The notes below the pieces were generated by a model. The model worked only from the letters and a program-made list of their open reading frames with translations, was not told where the DNA came from and ran no database searches. From positions 1 through 62,393 of the forward strand of contig MFZO01000044.1 of the NCBI GenBank assembly GCA_001788015.1: a DNA stretch of 62,393 nucleotides, read 5' to 3'. Position 1 is the stretch's first letter. Each line of letters begins with the position of its first letter. Made by a program: the position numbers and the translations under genes. This DNA comes from Candidatus Roizmanbacteria bacterium RIFCSPHIGHO2_02_FULL_38_11. GTDB lineage: Bacteria > Patescibacteriota > Microgenomatia > UBA1406 > GWC2-37-13. Shown here piece by piece: positions 53,086 through 62,389 of the stretch.

Positions 53086-54762
53086 TTATTGTGTTGATTT
53101 TTTCCCTCCTGGCAATGTTAATCCTATTTTTTCTCCAGCCGCTTGCAATGCCCCTAAACCTAATCTCATACTTCCCAGCTGACCAAGTAAACCAAGTCCG
53201 CCGCCTGCGGCAGTTCCAGCCCCGGCAAAGAATGTTCCAAGTCCTGCCGTATCCAATAGTCCAGGTTTAGGTACAAATAGTTGTTTTACGGCTTTTACTA
53301 AATCCGGCGTTAAAAATAAAATAGCCATTGCTACGATTAGACTAAAGTCGCTAGGATCGATACTTCCCATAAAGGGAAACTGGATAAGAGATTCAGCAGT
53401 TGTAGGCCCAGAGTATATAGCGTTTGTGATAAGATTTACCAACATAAATATTGCAACCATGGTGGGGAAGACTATAAGTTCGGAAATAAGATTTTTTAAC
53501 CAGCTCGAAAAAGCCGACTGGCCCGGGACTGCTTCTAAAAGCAAATAAAGTGGGGAAATGATTATGGTCAAAAGTATTTTTATATAGGCAGATATTATAA
53601 GAAATATCAGCCTAAAAAAGATCAGTAGAATCGTAAAAAAAATTAGCAGACCAAGAAGAAAGGGAACAACAACTGTACCTCCTATGACTATACCAATAAT
53701 TAAACCGACAATATTAAGTGGCGCTTTTATTAGTTCGCCTAAACCTTCCCACTGGAATCCAAATCCGAGAAGGGTTGCTATACCTTCAAGATGGAAGGCG
53801 TCAATGATATTTTTAAAGAAAGTTTTTTGCGTTAGCCAGGGATAAACAAAAACTACTCCGATAATACTTCCAATAATACGTACGACTGCGCCAATTTGAG
53901 GCACTATATTAAGCAAAGCGTTGGGAAGGTCAAATAGTACTCTGAAAATATTGTTACCCGTACCCGCGGTGAAAGTGAAGAATAAATCATGAGGAGCTGC
54001 CCGGAGATAAACGCGCTGTTTATCGGCTATCTGGGCTGGATTTAAGCCTCCTGCTGGACCAATAATCGAAACTATAAGAATTATTGCTATGTACATAAGA
54101 TCGATCAGGAATCCGGCAATCGCAAAGGAAAAAGTAATTAAAATAAGAGAAATCACGATTTTAGGCAGAGAATTTTCCACAGAAATAACAGTTTGAGGAT
54201 TGAGCTTCATACTGAACATGATCATGAAACCGATTGTGATCAATACCAAAACAATCACTAGATAGGCGACGTTTCTGAAAGCATTCCATATTTTGGCAAA
54301 GGGCTTAATAGCGCCAAAACCTATGCCCTCGGCGGCGTAAGTTTTTGGAATAAAACCGGCATCTTGCAGTCCGTTGTAGGCCCACCAGACGCCAGAGGCA
54401 GGAGGATTAGTATAGGGAAGAATAATCAGTTTGCTTAAAAAACCGAAAGTACTTTTATTAAAATTCTTATCCCCGTCTGACGGATTGTTCGTGCAGGCTT
54501 CACCGACCAAGCCGCACATTGTTAATCGATACAAAGCAATGGTTAGTTTTCCCTCTTTAGTTTTTTTGAGTTTTGGATCGTTTAATACTTTATAGATCTC
54601 CACCCGATTTTTTTTGACGGGATCTTGCGTGATTTTCGGTTTATCTTTGTTGATGAAATGAATAAAGAGAGAGATGATAATAAAGTAAACTACAATTACT
54701 AGAAAAATCTTTTTTCCTATATTGATTAGTTTCTTTAACCCGGCAAGGTAAAATGGAAGCAT
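53086..54762 (-). CDS. polytopic membrane protein (558 aa), VirB6/TrbL-like topology, Gly-rich C-tail
   Basis: N-terminal anchor, about 100-aa loop, at least 8 TM helices, C-terminal GLGTFFAGAGTAAGGGLGLLGQLG. The VirB6 analogy rests on topology and context only. Confidence 0.45.
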   Translation of the reverse strand: MLPFYLAGLKKLINIGKKIFLVIVVYFIIISLFIHFINKDKPKITQDPVKKNRVEIYKVLNDPKLKKTKEGKLTIALYRLTMCGLVGEACTNNPSDGDKNFNKSTFGFLSKLIILPYTNPPASGVWWAYNGLQDAGFIPKTYAAEGIGFGAIKPFAKIWNAFRNVAYLVIVLVLITIGFMIMFSMKLNPQTVISVENSLPKIVISLILITFSFAIAGFLIDLMYIAIILIVSIIGPAGGLNPAQIADKQRVYLRAAPHDLFFTFTAGTGNNIFRVLFDLPNALLNIVPQIGAVVRIIGSIIGVVFVYPWLTQKTFFKNIIDAFHLEGIATLLGFGFQWEGLGELIKAPLNIVGLIIGIVIGGTVVVPFLLGLLIFFTILLIFFRLIFLIISAYIKILLTIIISPLYLLLEAVPGQSAFSSWLKNLISELIVFPTMVAIFMLVNLITNAIYSGPTTAESLIQFPFMGSIDPSDFSLIVAMAILFLTPDLVKAVKQLFVPKPGLLDTAGLGTFFAGAGTAAGGGLGLLGQLGSMRLGLGALQAAGEKIGLTLPGGKKSTQ

Positions 54763-54817
54763 AAATTCATTTAAGCAGAAAAATCAAGTAGTGTCAATTA
54801 TTCAGCTTAATCCAAAG

Positions 54818-55243
54818 TTATTTTATTACCCAAACAACTTCATACTGATTGGTATTGATTCCGATATTTTTCAGCTGTGTCAACACCTCGTTTTTAATTG
54901 CATCTTGTTGGCCAGACAGATAAATATCTGCGATAAATTTTCTTTCATAGATGTCATAATAGACAAAATATTTTTGAGTTCTAAGAGGAAGTTTATCGTA
55001 CCAAGGATATGTATCATATATCTCTTTGGTCCACCTGCCAAATTCTTTGTCAGACTCGAGCTGTTCTTTTTCGTCCTGGGTGAGTGTCGGTCCTAAATCT
55101 TGGATCGTAGGGATGATTATAGTTGGTATAGGTGTTATAGGTGGTTCATTAGGTGGTTTTGAGCGGGACAAAAAGTAATAAACGCTTGCTACAACAACCA
55201 AAAACAGGCTAAGAATCAGGATATAGATATATACTTTTTTCAT
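54818..55243 (-). CDS. membrane-anchored hypothetical protein (141 aa)
   Basis: The [18 protein letters not shown] start at 55243 overlaps the upstream stop as ATGA; Pro-rich linker followed by a globular domain. Confidence 0.5.
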   Translation of the reverse strand: MKKVYIYILILSLFLVVVASVYYFLSRSKPPNEPPITPIPTIIIPTIQDLGPTLTQDEKEQLESDKEFGRWTKEIYDTYPWYDKLPLRTQKYFVYYDIYERKFIADIYLSGQQDAIKNEVLTQLKNIGINTNQYEVVWVIK

Positions 55244-56109
55244 AATGATGGACAACCAAATCCCCTTAAAGAATCGTTAGTAAACGGCGTTCCCTGTATA
55301 TTCCCACTGTAAACGGGATATCTGGATATTTTTCTGGTGCTATTGGCATCGTATGTTTCTATATAGCCATTATAGCTTGAATCAAGGTTAACAGTCTTGA
55401 GGACTGCCGTGTGATTTTTATTCGTTACATGAACACCGGGAGTATATTGGAAGAAAGTCGCACAGCCTGGTTTAACCGTATTTAAAGCCTGTTGACGTTC
55501 TCCAGCTGAGGCAAGTTGATAAGTCGGAGGATTGGCGAAGTAATCTATGAATTTTACGCTGTAGGGAATATAGTTGTAGCCAGACGTCGTCATAAAAAAT
55601 TGTTGCATATTTTTGGTGGCCAGATGTGCACGGGTCAATCCGGTAAGCCCGGCAAGGTTATAAGCATTAATTACAAGGTAAGTACACCAATAAAGGTTGG
55701 ACGTACTTGTCGCAGGGCTGTAAAAAGCTGTGTATGATCCGTTGGAAGGCGGGTCAGTCAGTCGATTAAAATACCAGGAAGGCGGCCAGATAATATCTTC
55801 TCCCTCAAGTTTTTCACTGATGGCGATTGTATTCGTGAGGATATCTCCCAATTTGCCCGCAGGAATCGTAGGAAAAGGTTCGGATGTTGTTTGAGGTGGT
55901 GGTCCAGAGGGATTTGGACTGATAGGAAGGGGTGGTTGCGAAGCGGGATTAAAACTAAAGAATATTTTAAGAAGCTCTTGCAGAAAAAAAAGCGGATTTG
56001 AATAAGTTGTTTGAGGCGGGTTTTGGGCTGTAACGGGCGGCGGAAGAATAATAAATGAAAGAATTAAAATTAAAACTGTGGTGTTGACAATCAATAAAAA
56101 TTTCTTCAT
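55240..56109 (-). CDS. secreted protein with possible papain-fold (CHAP/NlpC-P60-like) hydrolase domain
   Basis: Signal peptide, Pro-rich linker, candidate nucleophile in [16 protein letters not shown] and His in NKNHTAVL. The catalytic assignment is unverified. Confidence 0.45.
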   Translation of the reverse strand: MKKFLLIVNTTVLILILSFIILPPPVTAQNPPQTTYSNPLFFLQELLKIFFSFNPASQPPLPISPNPSGPPPQTTSEPFPTIPAGKLGDILTNTIAISEKLEGEDIIWPPSWYFNRLTDPPSNGSYTAFYSPATSTSNLYWCTYLVINAYNLAGLTGLTRAHLATKNMQQFFMTTSGYNYIPYSVKFIDYFANPPTYQLASAGERQQALNTVKPGCATFFQYTPGVHVTNKNHTAVLKTVNLDSSYNGYIETYDANSTRKISRYPVYSGNIQGTPFTNDSLRGFGCPSL

Positions 56110-56122
56110 AATAATATTTATT

Positions 56123-59100
56123 ATGGCTTTATTAGATTTTATTAAAAAACCAAAACAAAAAGCAAGCGCAGTTCCTCAAGGCGCAGTTCAAAACAATACA
56201 ACTACTCAAACCCACGTAGTTGAGACGACCCAGACGACTCAATCCACTGGGCCACAAACGTATTCTGGCATCGGTGCTCCTCCTCAGCATCATGTTGAAA
56301 GTTCGCAAACGACGGTAGCGAAAACTACAGCTGCGACTCCAGGTGCCCCAACTGCTTCGGCAAATTTGTCCAGCGAGGAAAAAAAACGAGAGGAGATTGA
56401 CCTTATGACACACCTGACCCAGAGATCCAACCGAGTATTTCTCTCCGCTCAAAACAAAGCGAGGGAATTGAAATTAGACTTTGTCGACAGTGAGCATTTA
56501 CTACATGGGCTTTTGTCAGATAGCGAAATCTACAATCTTTTCATCGAGTTTAAGATTCACCCCCAACTTATAGAGGAAGAATTAAAAAAGATTTACAAAA
56601 ACGGAGCAAGCCAGAAGATGCCTCAGCTATCACCCCGAGTCAAACGTATTCTAGGTCTGTCCCTCACAGTTGCCAGGAAGCTTCGTTTTGAGTTTATATC
56701 GCCGGAACATATTCTCTTGGCTCTATATGAAGAAGGAGAAGGTGCAGGAGCAAAGATATTGACTAAAATGGGACTTAAAAAACAAGACTTAAACAAGAAA
56801 ATCATCGGCAAAAAAGAAGGGCTTGAAAAACAGGATAAAGAAGCGGATACAAAAAAGAACACAGTTGATCGCTACACAATCGACTTAACGGCAAAAGCCG
56901 CGCAAGGGCTTTTGGATCCCGTTGTTGAGAGATCAGATGTTATTGAACGAGTCATACATATTCTTTCCAGAAGAACAAAAAATAACCCAGCTTTAGTCGG
57001 AGAAGCCGGCGTTGGTAAGACGGCTGTCGTTGAAGGTCTGGCTCAGAAAATTGTTACAAAGGGCGTACCGGAATCACTCCTCGATAAAAGAGTCTTACAG
57101 CTCGACTTGATGAGTATAATAGCCGGAGCTTCTCATAGAGGTGAGTTTGAAGAAAGAATGAAAGAATTGATTGAACAGGTACAGGCGAGTAAAGGACAGA
57201 TAATTCTCTTTATTGACGAGATTCATAATATTGTGGGCGCAGGTGCGTCGGGTGAAAATGCTCTTGACGCTTCCAATTTCCTTAAACCGGCTTTAGCCCG
57301 AGGCGAACTGCAGCTTATTGGTGCGACCACGCTTACAGAATATCGAAAATACATAGAAAGAGATCCGGCTTTAGAGCGAAGATTTCAACCTGTTTTGGTT
57401 CAAGAGCCGACGATCGAACAAGCTATAAAAATGCTTAAAGCGATAAAGGATAAATATGAAGCGTTTCACCGCGTAAAGATTCCTGATGATGTGGTCGAAG
57501 CAGCGGTAAAATTCTCAAAGAGGTACGTAGGAGATCGGTTTTTACCCGATAAGGCAGTTGATCTTATTGACGAAGCAGCCTCGGCGGTTCGCTTACCGCT
57601 CATATCTCTTCCCGAAGTAATCAAATCTATTGAGACGCGGATAGCTGAATTAAATCAAGAGCTTCAGGAAGGGGAGAAACTGGGTGATAGAGTTAAGGTG
57701 CGGATTCTTCGATCTAAAATCGATGAGATAGAATCCACTCTAAAAGAGAAAAGGGGAGAATACGATATGAGAAAAGCTCAAACGACTTCAGCCGTTAGCG
57801 TTGATATTATAAAAGATATCGTTTCACGCTGGACGGGTATCCCAATCTCAAAAATCACCGAGTCAGAGCTTGAGCGTTTGGCACAGCTTGAGAAAATCAT
57901 GCATCAACGACTCATTGACCAGAATATAGCTGTGACTTCGGTAGCCGCAGCTGTAAGGCGAGGAAGAGCAGGATTAAAATCTACGCAAAGACCGATTGGC
58001 AGTTTTGTCTTTTTAGGTCCAACCGGTGTTGGAAAAACAGAGCTTGCAAAAACTTTAGCCGAAGTTTTATTTGGCCAGGAAGAAGCAATGATACGATTTG
58101 ACATGACAGAATATATGGAGAGGCATGAAGTGGCGAAGCTTCTTGGCGCGCCTCCCGGATATGTTGGATATGAAGAGGGAGGAAAACTGACAGAGGTAGT
58201 AAGAAGAAAGCCTTATTCGGTGGTTCTTTTTGACGAAGTAGAAAAAGCCCATCCGGATATTTTCAATATTCTTCTACAGATTCTTGACGATGGAAGGCTG
58301 ACTGATAATAAAGGTCATGTTATTTCGTTTAAAAACACAGTAGTCATCTGCACGTCAAATATTGGTACGCAGATGATTCAAGATGAGCTTTTAAAGAGTG
58401 GGAAAATAGAGATAGAAGAGCCGCCATTTTTGTCCACCTACACATTCTCACCAAGAGGTAGAGAAATATTGACGATTGGCACGAAGTATTTTGAAAGGGA
58501 AAAAGCAGTTGACAGTTGGAAGGAGGGAGTGCTTTTAGATTATTTTGCAGGCCAAGAAATAAAGCAGGATCAGTCAAAGGTTGACCAGCCTCTAACCGTA
58601 GAATCTTCGACCAAAGGTCGATCCACCGCTGGTGGAGACTTTCCCGTTCAGGGTTTTGCTACCCACACAATTTCTTTTAGAGGTGAAGAGCTTATAACAA
58701 AAGGTAATACGGTGTTTGTAAGAACTTCAACAACTGCAAAAATTTGGAAAACCACCACATTAATAGATTATTTTAAGGACGGAATTGTTGTTAATGCTCT
58801 TCCTGATGCACCAGAAGAGCAGCTTCCCACCGCAAGATTAAAGACTCACGCCTTTACGCCGGACGAGAGAGAAGTAGTGACATATAAAGACCGTTATTGG
58901 GTAAGAAAGGAAGGAATGAACGATTGGCAGACTGGTCATTTGAAGGATTATTTTACCGGAGCAGAAATCCAAGAGGCAGATCTTCAGAAAGCAACTAAAC
59001 AGGATCTAACTCCCCCTAAGGGGAGTCAAAAAGCCGCTAAGCAGGAGCAAAATGGTGTAAAAAGCGATGTCAAAAAAACCAATAAATTCTTTCCTACAGC

Positions 59101-60013
59101 CTATTGGGATATCCATACTTTCTCACCCTCAGGTAAAGAAATAATAATCTTAGGAGATACTGCTTGGTTTAGGAATGAAAGAAAAAATATATGGCAAACC
59201 CAATCGCTTAATGAATATTTTGGCAAAGATTTTCCGCTTGAAAAAGAACTTGAGGAGAAAAGAAAGGTTGATGAAGAAATTGATAAAAAGAAATACGATC
59301 TTATAAAAAGTAAAGTCACGGCAGAACTCCGTAAATTCTTTAGACCTGAACTTCTCAATAGATTCGATGAAGTTATCATCTTTGAACCTCTCAAGTTCAC
59401 TCACATGATAAAGATAGTTCAATTGCAGCTTAAGGGCTTGGCAAAGTTGTTAGAAGATCAAGATATAGGATTTATCTATACAGATTCGGCCGTAAAAGAG
59501 ATAGTGAGGGAAGGATTTGATCCTATATATGGGGCGAGACCGTTAAGGAGAGCGATTCAAAAGGTTATTGAAAATCCCATCTCCACGCTTATCATTGAAA
59601 AAAAAGTTAAAGCAGGAAATCAGATACAGGTCGATTTTGACGGGGAGAGCTTTATCTTTAATATAGAAAAAGTGGAGTTAGTGCCAGAAGAGATGCTAAA
59701 AAAGCGGACAATAAAGAACTTCTTATGCGAAGCTTGTGGCAATCATTTTATGACTTCAGTCGTGAAAAATTCTACGGTCATCTGCAGCCGATGTGCCTCA
59801 ACCAAAGTCCAAGAAGTGATAGAGTCACCTAAGGTTATACCTCTGGACGAAAAATCTTCTACAACCGATAAGGATGGAAAGCCCTCCAACGCTTCCGCTT
59901 CGGAAGGTGAAGAAGATAAGAATAAGTTGTCTAACGATGGAAAGTTAAGCGGGGACAAAAACCTTGACGGAAGACAAAAATCGCAGACAAATTTCCCGGC
60001 AACCCATGCATAA
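56123..60013 (+). CDS. ClpC/ClpB-type double AAA+ protein with N-terminal T/Q-rich extension, ~300-aa insertion in NBD2 and C-terminal zinc ribbon
   Basis: Two Clp_N repeats; NBD1 [15 protein letters not shown] / ILFIDEIH; short M-domain; NBD2 [12 protein letters not shown] / [13 protein letters not shown] / ICTSN / [11 protein letters not shown] / GARPLRR. Alternative in-frame start at 56405 (GGAG upstream). Confidence 0.85.
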   Translation: MALLDFIKKPKQKASAVPQGAVQNNTTTQTHVVETTQTTQSTGPQTYSGIGAPPQHHVESSQTTVAKTTAATPGAPTASANLSSEEKKREEIDLMTHLTQRSNRVFLSAQNKARELKLDFVDSEHLLHGLLSDSEIYNLFIEFKIHPQLIEEELKKIYKNGASQKMPQLSPRVKRILGLSLTVARKLRFEFISPEHILLALYEEGEGAGAKILTKMGLKKQDLNKKIIGKKEGLEKQDKEADTKKNTVDRYTIDLTAKAAQGLLDPVVERSDVIERVIHILSRRTKNNPALVGEAGVGKTAVVEGLAQKIVTKGVPESLLDKRVLQLDLMSIIAGASHRGEFEERMKELIEQVQASKGQIILFIDEIHNIVGAGASGENALDASNFLKPALARGELQLIGATTLTEYRKYIERDPALERRFQPVLVQEPTIEQAIKMLKAIKDKYEAFHRVKIPDDVVEAAVKFSKRYVGDRFLPDKAVDLIDEAASAVRLPLISLPEVIKSIETRIAELNQELQEGEKLGDRVKVRILRSKIDEIESTLKEKRGEYDMRKAQTTSAVSVDIIKDIVSRWTGIPISKITESELERLAQLEKIMHQRLIDQNIAVTSVAAAVRRGRAGLKSTQRPIGSFVFLGPTGVGKTELAKTLAEVLFGQEEAMIRFDMTEYMERHEVAKLLGAPPGYVGYEEGGKLTEVVRRKPYSVVLFDEVEKAHPDIFNILLQILDDGRLTDNKGHVISFKNTVVICTSNIGTQMIQDELLKSGKIEIEEPPFLSTYTFSPRGREILTIGTKYFEREKAVDSWKEGVLLDYFAGQEIKQDQSKVDQPLTVESSTKGRSTAGGDFPVQGFATHTISFRGEELITKGNTVFVRTSTTAKIWKTTTLIDYFKDGIVVNALPDAPEEQLPTARLKTHAFTPDEREVVTYKDRYWVRKEGMNDWQTGHLKDYFTGAEIQEADLQKATKQDLTPPKGSQKAAKQEQNGVKSDVKKTNKFFPTAYWDIHTFSPSGKEIIILGDTAWFRNERKNIWQTQSLNEYFGKDFPLEKELEEKRKVDEEIDKKKYDLIKSKVTAELRKFFRPELLNRFDEVIIFEPLKFTHMIKIVQLQLKGLAKLLEDQDIGFIYTDSAVKEIVREGFDPIYGARPLRRAIQKVIENPISTLIIEKKVKAGNQIQVDFDGESFIFNIEKVELVPEEMLKKRTIKNFLCEACGNHFMTSVVKNSTVICSRCASTKVQEVIESPKVIPLDEKSSTTDKDGKPSNASASEGEEDKNKLSNDGKLSGDKNLDGRQKSQTNFPATHA
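58421..59233 (+). repeat. four degenerate coding repeats of about 45-50 aa inside NBD2 of the AAA+ gene
   Basis: [40 protein letters not shown] / [42 protein letters not shown] / [40 protein letters not shown] / [40 protein letters not shown]. Confidence 0.8.
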
Positions 60014-60016
60014 TAA

Positions 60017-60337
60017 ATGGATAATAGATATTTAGCACAGCAAATCTGTATTGGTGGACAATGCGTGACTGGGGTTCTTGACCCTAAGATTCAAACTTTG
60101 GGAGACTTAGTCAATAGAGTCATACAGTTTCTTATTCCTCTTGCAGCTGTAATCCTTTTGGTGGTTTTCATCTGGGGCGGGTATGATTATATGATGTCTC
60201 AAGGAAGCCCAGAAAAAGTAAAATCTGCTCAGGCAAAGATTACGACTGGAATTATTGGTTTGATTCTTCTTCTTATCTCCTTTGTGTTGGTGAAGCTGAT
60301 CAGTTCAATTTTTGGTTTGGGAGGAGGGATAATTTGA
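60017..60337 (+). CDS. small two-helix pilin-like protein (TrbC/VirB2-like T4SS-pilin pattern)
   Basis: TM1, then SQGSPEKVKSAQAKITTGI, then TM2; ATG lies 3 nt after the AAA+ gene stop. Confidence 0.5.
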   Translation: MDNRYLAQQICIGGQCVTGVLDPKIQTLGDLVNRVIQFLIPLAAVILLVVFIWGGYDYMMSQGSPEKVKSAQAKITTGIIGLILLLISFVLVKLISSIFGLGGGII

Positions 60338-61036
60338 TACTAGAGTGCCAATTCGTTCTCCTTTGATTATTCGCTCCAGATTTTCTTGACGGTCGAAATT
60401 AAAGACTACAATTGGCATTTGTTTACTTTGGCAAAGAGCAAAGGCAGTATTATCCATAATTTTTAGCCCTTTTTCTAAAGCAGTTTGATAATCAACCCGC
60501 TCTAATTTTTTGGCATTAGGGTATTTCTCGGGATCTCTGTCATAGATTGCATCAACATTGGAAGCTTTAAGAAGGACATTGCACTTAAGTTCTATAGCTC
60601 GCAGAGCCGCGGCTGAGTCGGTAGTAAAGTAAGGATTGCCCGTTCCTCCAGCTAAAATTACTGTTCTACCTTTTTCCATGTGTCTCAATGCTCTTCTTCG
60701 GATGAATAGCTCACAGACAGTTGGAATCGATATTGACGACATCACTCTTGTGGTGTCGCCTAGTCTTTCCATTTCTTCTTGAAGAGCCAAAGCGTTCATT
60801 ATTGTTCCCAACATGCCGATCTGATCAGCGACTACGTGATCGACCGCTGTTCCTTCGATGTATCTTCCTCTAAAGAGATTTCCTGCCCCAACTACTATAG
60901 CCATCTCTACTCCGGTGTTTTTATGAACTTTTCTAATGACAGAAGCTACTTTATTTACCGTTTTAAAGTCCAACCCCTGTTTTTCTTTTCCGAAGACCTC
61001 GCCTGAAACCTTAAGTAAAACTCTTTTATATGCCAT
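60305..61036 (-). CDS. pyrH: UMP kinase
   Basis: YKRVLLKVSGE, VVGAGNLFRG, TGNPYFTTDSAAALRA. I preferred the ATG at 61036 (AGGAAAG upstream); 61054 is also possible. Confidence 0.9.
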   Translation of the reverse strand: MAYKRVLLKVSGEVFGKEKQGLDFKTVNKVASVIRKVHKNTGVEMAIVVGAGNLFRGRYIEGTAVDHVVADQIGMLGTIMNALALQEEMERLGDTTRVMSSISIPTVCELFIRRRALRHMEKGRTVILAGGTGNPYFTTDSAAALRAIELKCNVLLKASNVDAIYDRDPEKYPNAKKLERVDYQTALEKGLKIMDNTAFALCQSKQMPIVVFNFDRQENLERIIKGERIGTLVSNYPSSQTKN

Positions 61037-61078
61037 CGATTTGTCTTTCCTCATAAGAAGTATTGTATCATATCTATT

Positions 61079-62122
61079 ATGCTTTTAAAGCAAATTATTT
61101 TGAAAAATTTTCGTAATTTTGGAGACGAAAAGTTTAACTTCAACCCTTTTCTTACCATAATAATTGGTGAAAATGCCAAGGGTAAAACAAACCTGCTTGA
61201 GGGGATATTTTTGATTGTTTACGGCGAAGGATTTAGAGAGAGCAAAGAAGAGGAGCTGATAAGATTTGAACAAGACCAGTCAGATGTGCAGGGAATTTTT
61301 GCAAGCGGAGACGAAGACTTTCTATTCCAGATCGGTATAAAGAAAAGCGGTAGGGGAGTAGACAAAATTTTTTCTCTGAATAAGTCGAGAAGAAAGTATT
61401 TTCAATATCAAAGAGAGACAGCCAAAGCTATTCTATTTTCTCCCGAACAGATAGAGATAATGAACGGGCCTCCAGAAAAAAGAAGAAGATATTTTGACAC
61501 TCTTCTTGGATCCTTTGATCTGGTATATAAAAAGAAACTTAGGAATTATGAAAACGCCTTAAGGAGAAGGAATAAAATACTGCAAACCTATAAAAATGAA
61601 GCAGATCTGCTTGAGGAGTTAAAATTTTGGAATACATATCTTGAGGAGAATGCTGGCTATTTGGTACAGAAGAGACAAGATTATATTGATTTCTTAAATG
61701 AGCATAATAAAATTAACAGTAAAGAATTTTCAATAGAGTATCTAAAAAGTGAACTCAATAAAAAACGCCTGGAGGAAAATTTCGAACTCGAGAAAAGGTA
61801 TAGAAGGACCGTAATTGGTCCGCAGAAAGACGACTTTCAGCTCAGCCAAAAAGATGAATCTTTAAAAAATCTTCATCATTTCGGTTCAAGAAGCGAGCAG
61901 CGACTGGGAGTTTTTTGGTTGAAGCTTAATGAGATCAAATTTCTTGAGGAGGCGTTTAAAACTAAGCCGCTTCTTCTGCTTGATGATATATTTTCAGAGT
62001 TGGATGTGAAAAATAAAAAATTAGTTATTGATTTGGTGAAGAAATATCAAACTGTAGTCACCACGACCGAAATAGAGCTATTAGAATTAGCCGATGTGCC
62101 AAAAAGTATAATAAAGTTATAG
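61079..62122 (+). CDS. recF: DNA replication/repair protein RecF
   Basis: LKNFRNF, Walker A GENAKGKTNLLEGI, signature-like GSRSEQR, Walker B LLLLDDIFSELD. Confidence 0.85.
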   Translation: MLLKQIILKNFRNFGDEKFNFNPFLTIIIGENAKGKTNLLEGIFLIVYGEGFRESKEEELIRFEQDQSDVQGIFASGDEDFLFQIGIKKSGRGVDKIFSLNKSRRKYFQYQRETAKAILFSPEQIEIMNGPPEKRRRYFDTLLGSFDLVYKKKLRNYENALRRRNKILQTYKNEADLLEELKFWNTYLEENAGYLVQKRQDYIDFLNEHNKINSKEFSIEYLKSELNKKRLEENFELEKRYRRTVIGPQKDDFQLSQKDESLKNLHHFGSRSEQRLGVFWLKLNEIKFLEEAFKTKPLLLLDDIFSELDVKNKKLVIDLVKKYQTVVTTTEIELLELADVPKSIIKL

Positions 62123-62231
62123 ATTTATATTATTGCCAAGCTTTATTTCTAACCTCGTAGGTTAGAGTTAGATTGTGGAGAGAAGCCAATAATAGATAAT
62201 TTTTGCTAAAATTAGTAAATCTTTAGAGTCT

Positions 62232-62316
62232 GGAGGGTTGGCCGAGCGGTTTAAGGCGCGAGTCTCGAAAACTCGTGGGCTTTTTGTCCTCACAGGTTCG
62301 AATCCTGTACCCTCCG
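62232..62316 (+). tRNA. tRNA-Ser (anticodon CGA), type II with long variable arm, no encoded CCA
   Basis: Acceptor GGAGGGT/ACCCTCC, anticodon stem CGAGT/ACTCG with loop CTCGAAA, variable arm TGGGCTTTTTGTCCTCAC, T-arm ACAGGTTCGAATCCTGT. Confidence 0.9.
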
Positions 62317-62360
62317 CTCTGGTAGAAGCGTAACAAAAACGGCTGGTATTTAATCAAATA

Positions 62361-62389
62361 AGAGCGGTAAATCAATCCGCTCTTTTTTT
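62361..62389 (+). terminator. rho-independent terminator after tRNA-Ser
   Basis: AGAGCGG taaatcaat CCGCTCT followed by TTTTTT. Confidence 0.7.

Noticed and set aside
54791-55096. 101-aa plus-strand ORF
   Set aside because: It is antisense to the 141-aa membrane-anchored gene, which is translationally coupled to its neighbour.
56132-56452. 106-aa minus-strand ORF
   Set aside because: It is antisense to the low-complexity N-terminal region of the AAA+ gene. It is Arg/Ser/Cys-rich and has no start context.
62150-62166. Hairpin CTAACCTcgtAGGTTAG after recF as a terminator
   Set aside because: It has a 3-nt loop and no following T-run. It may be structural, but it is not a convincing intrinsic terminator.
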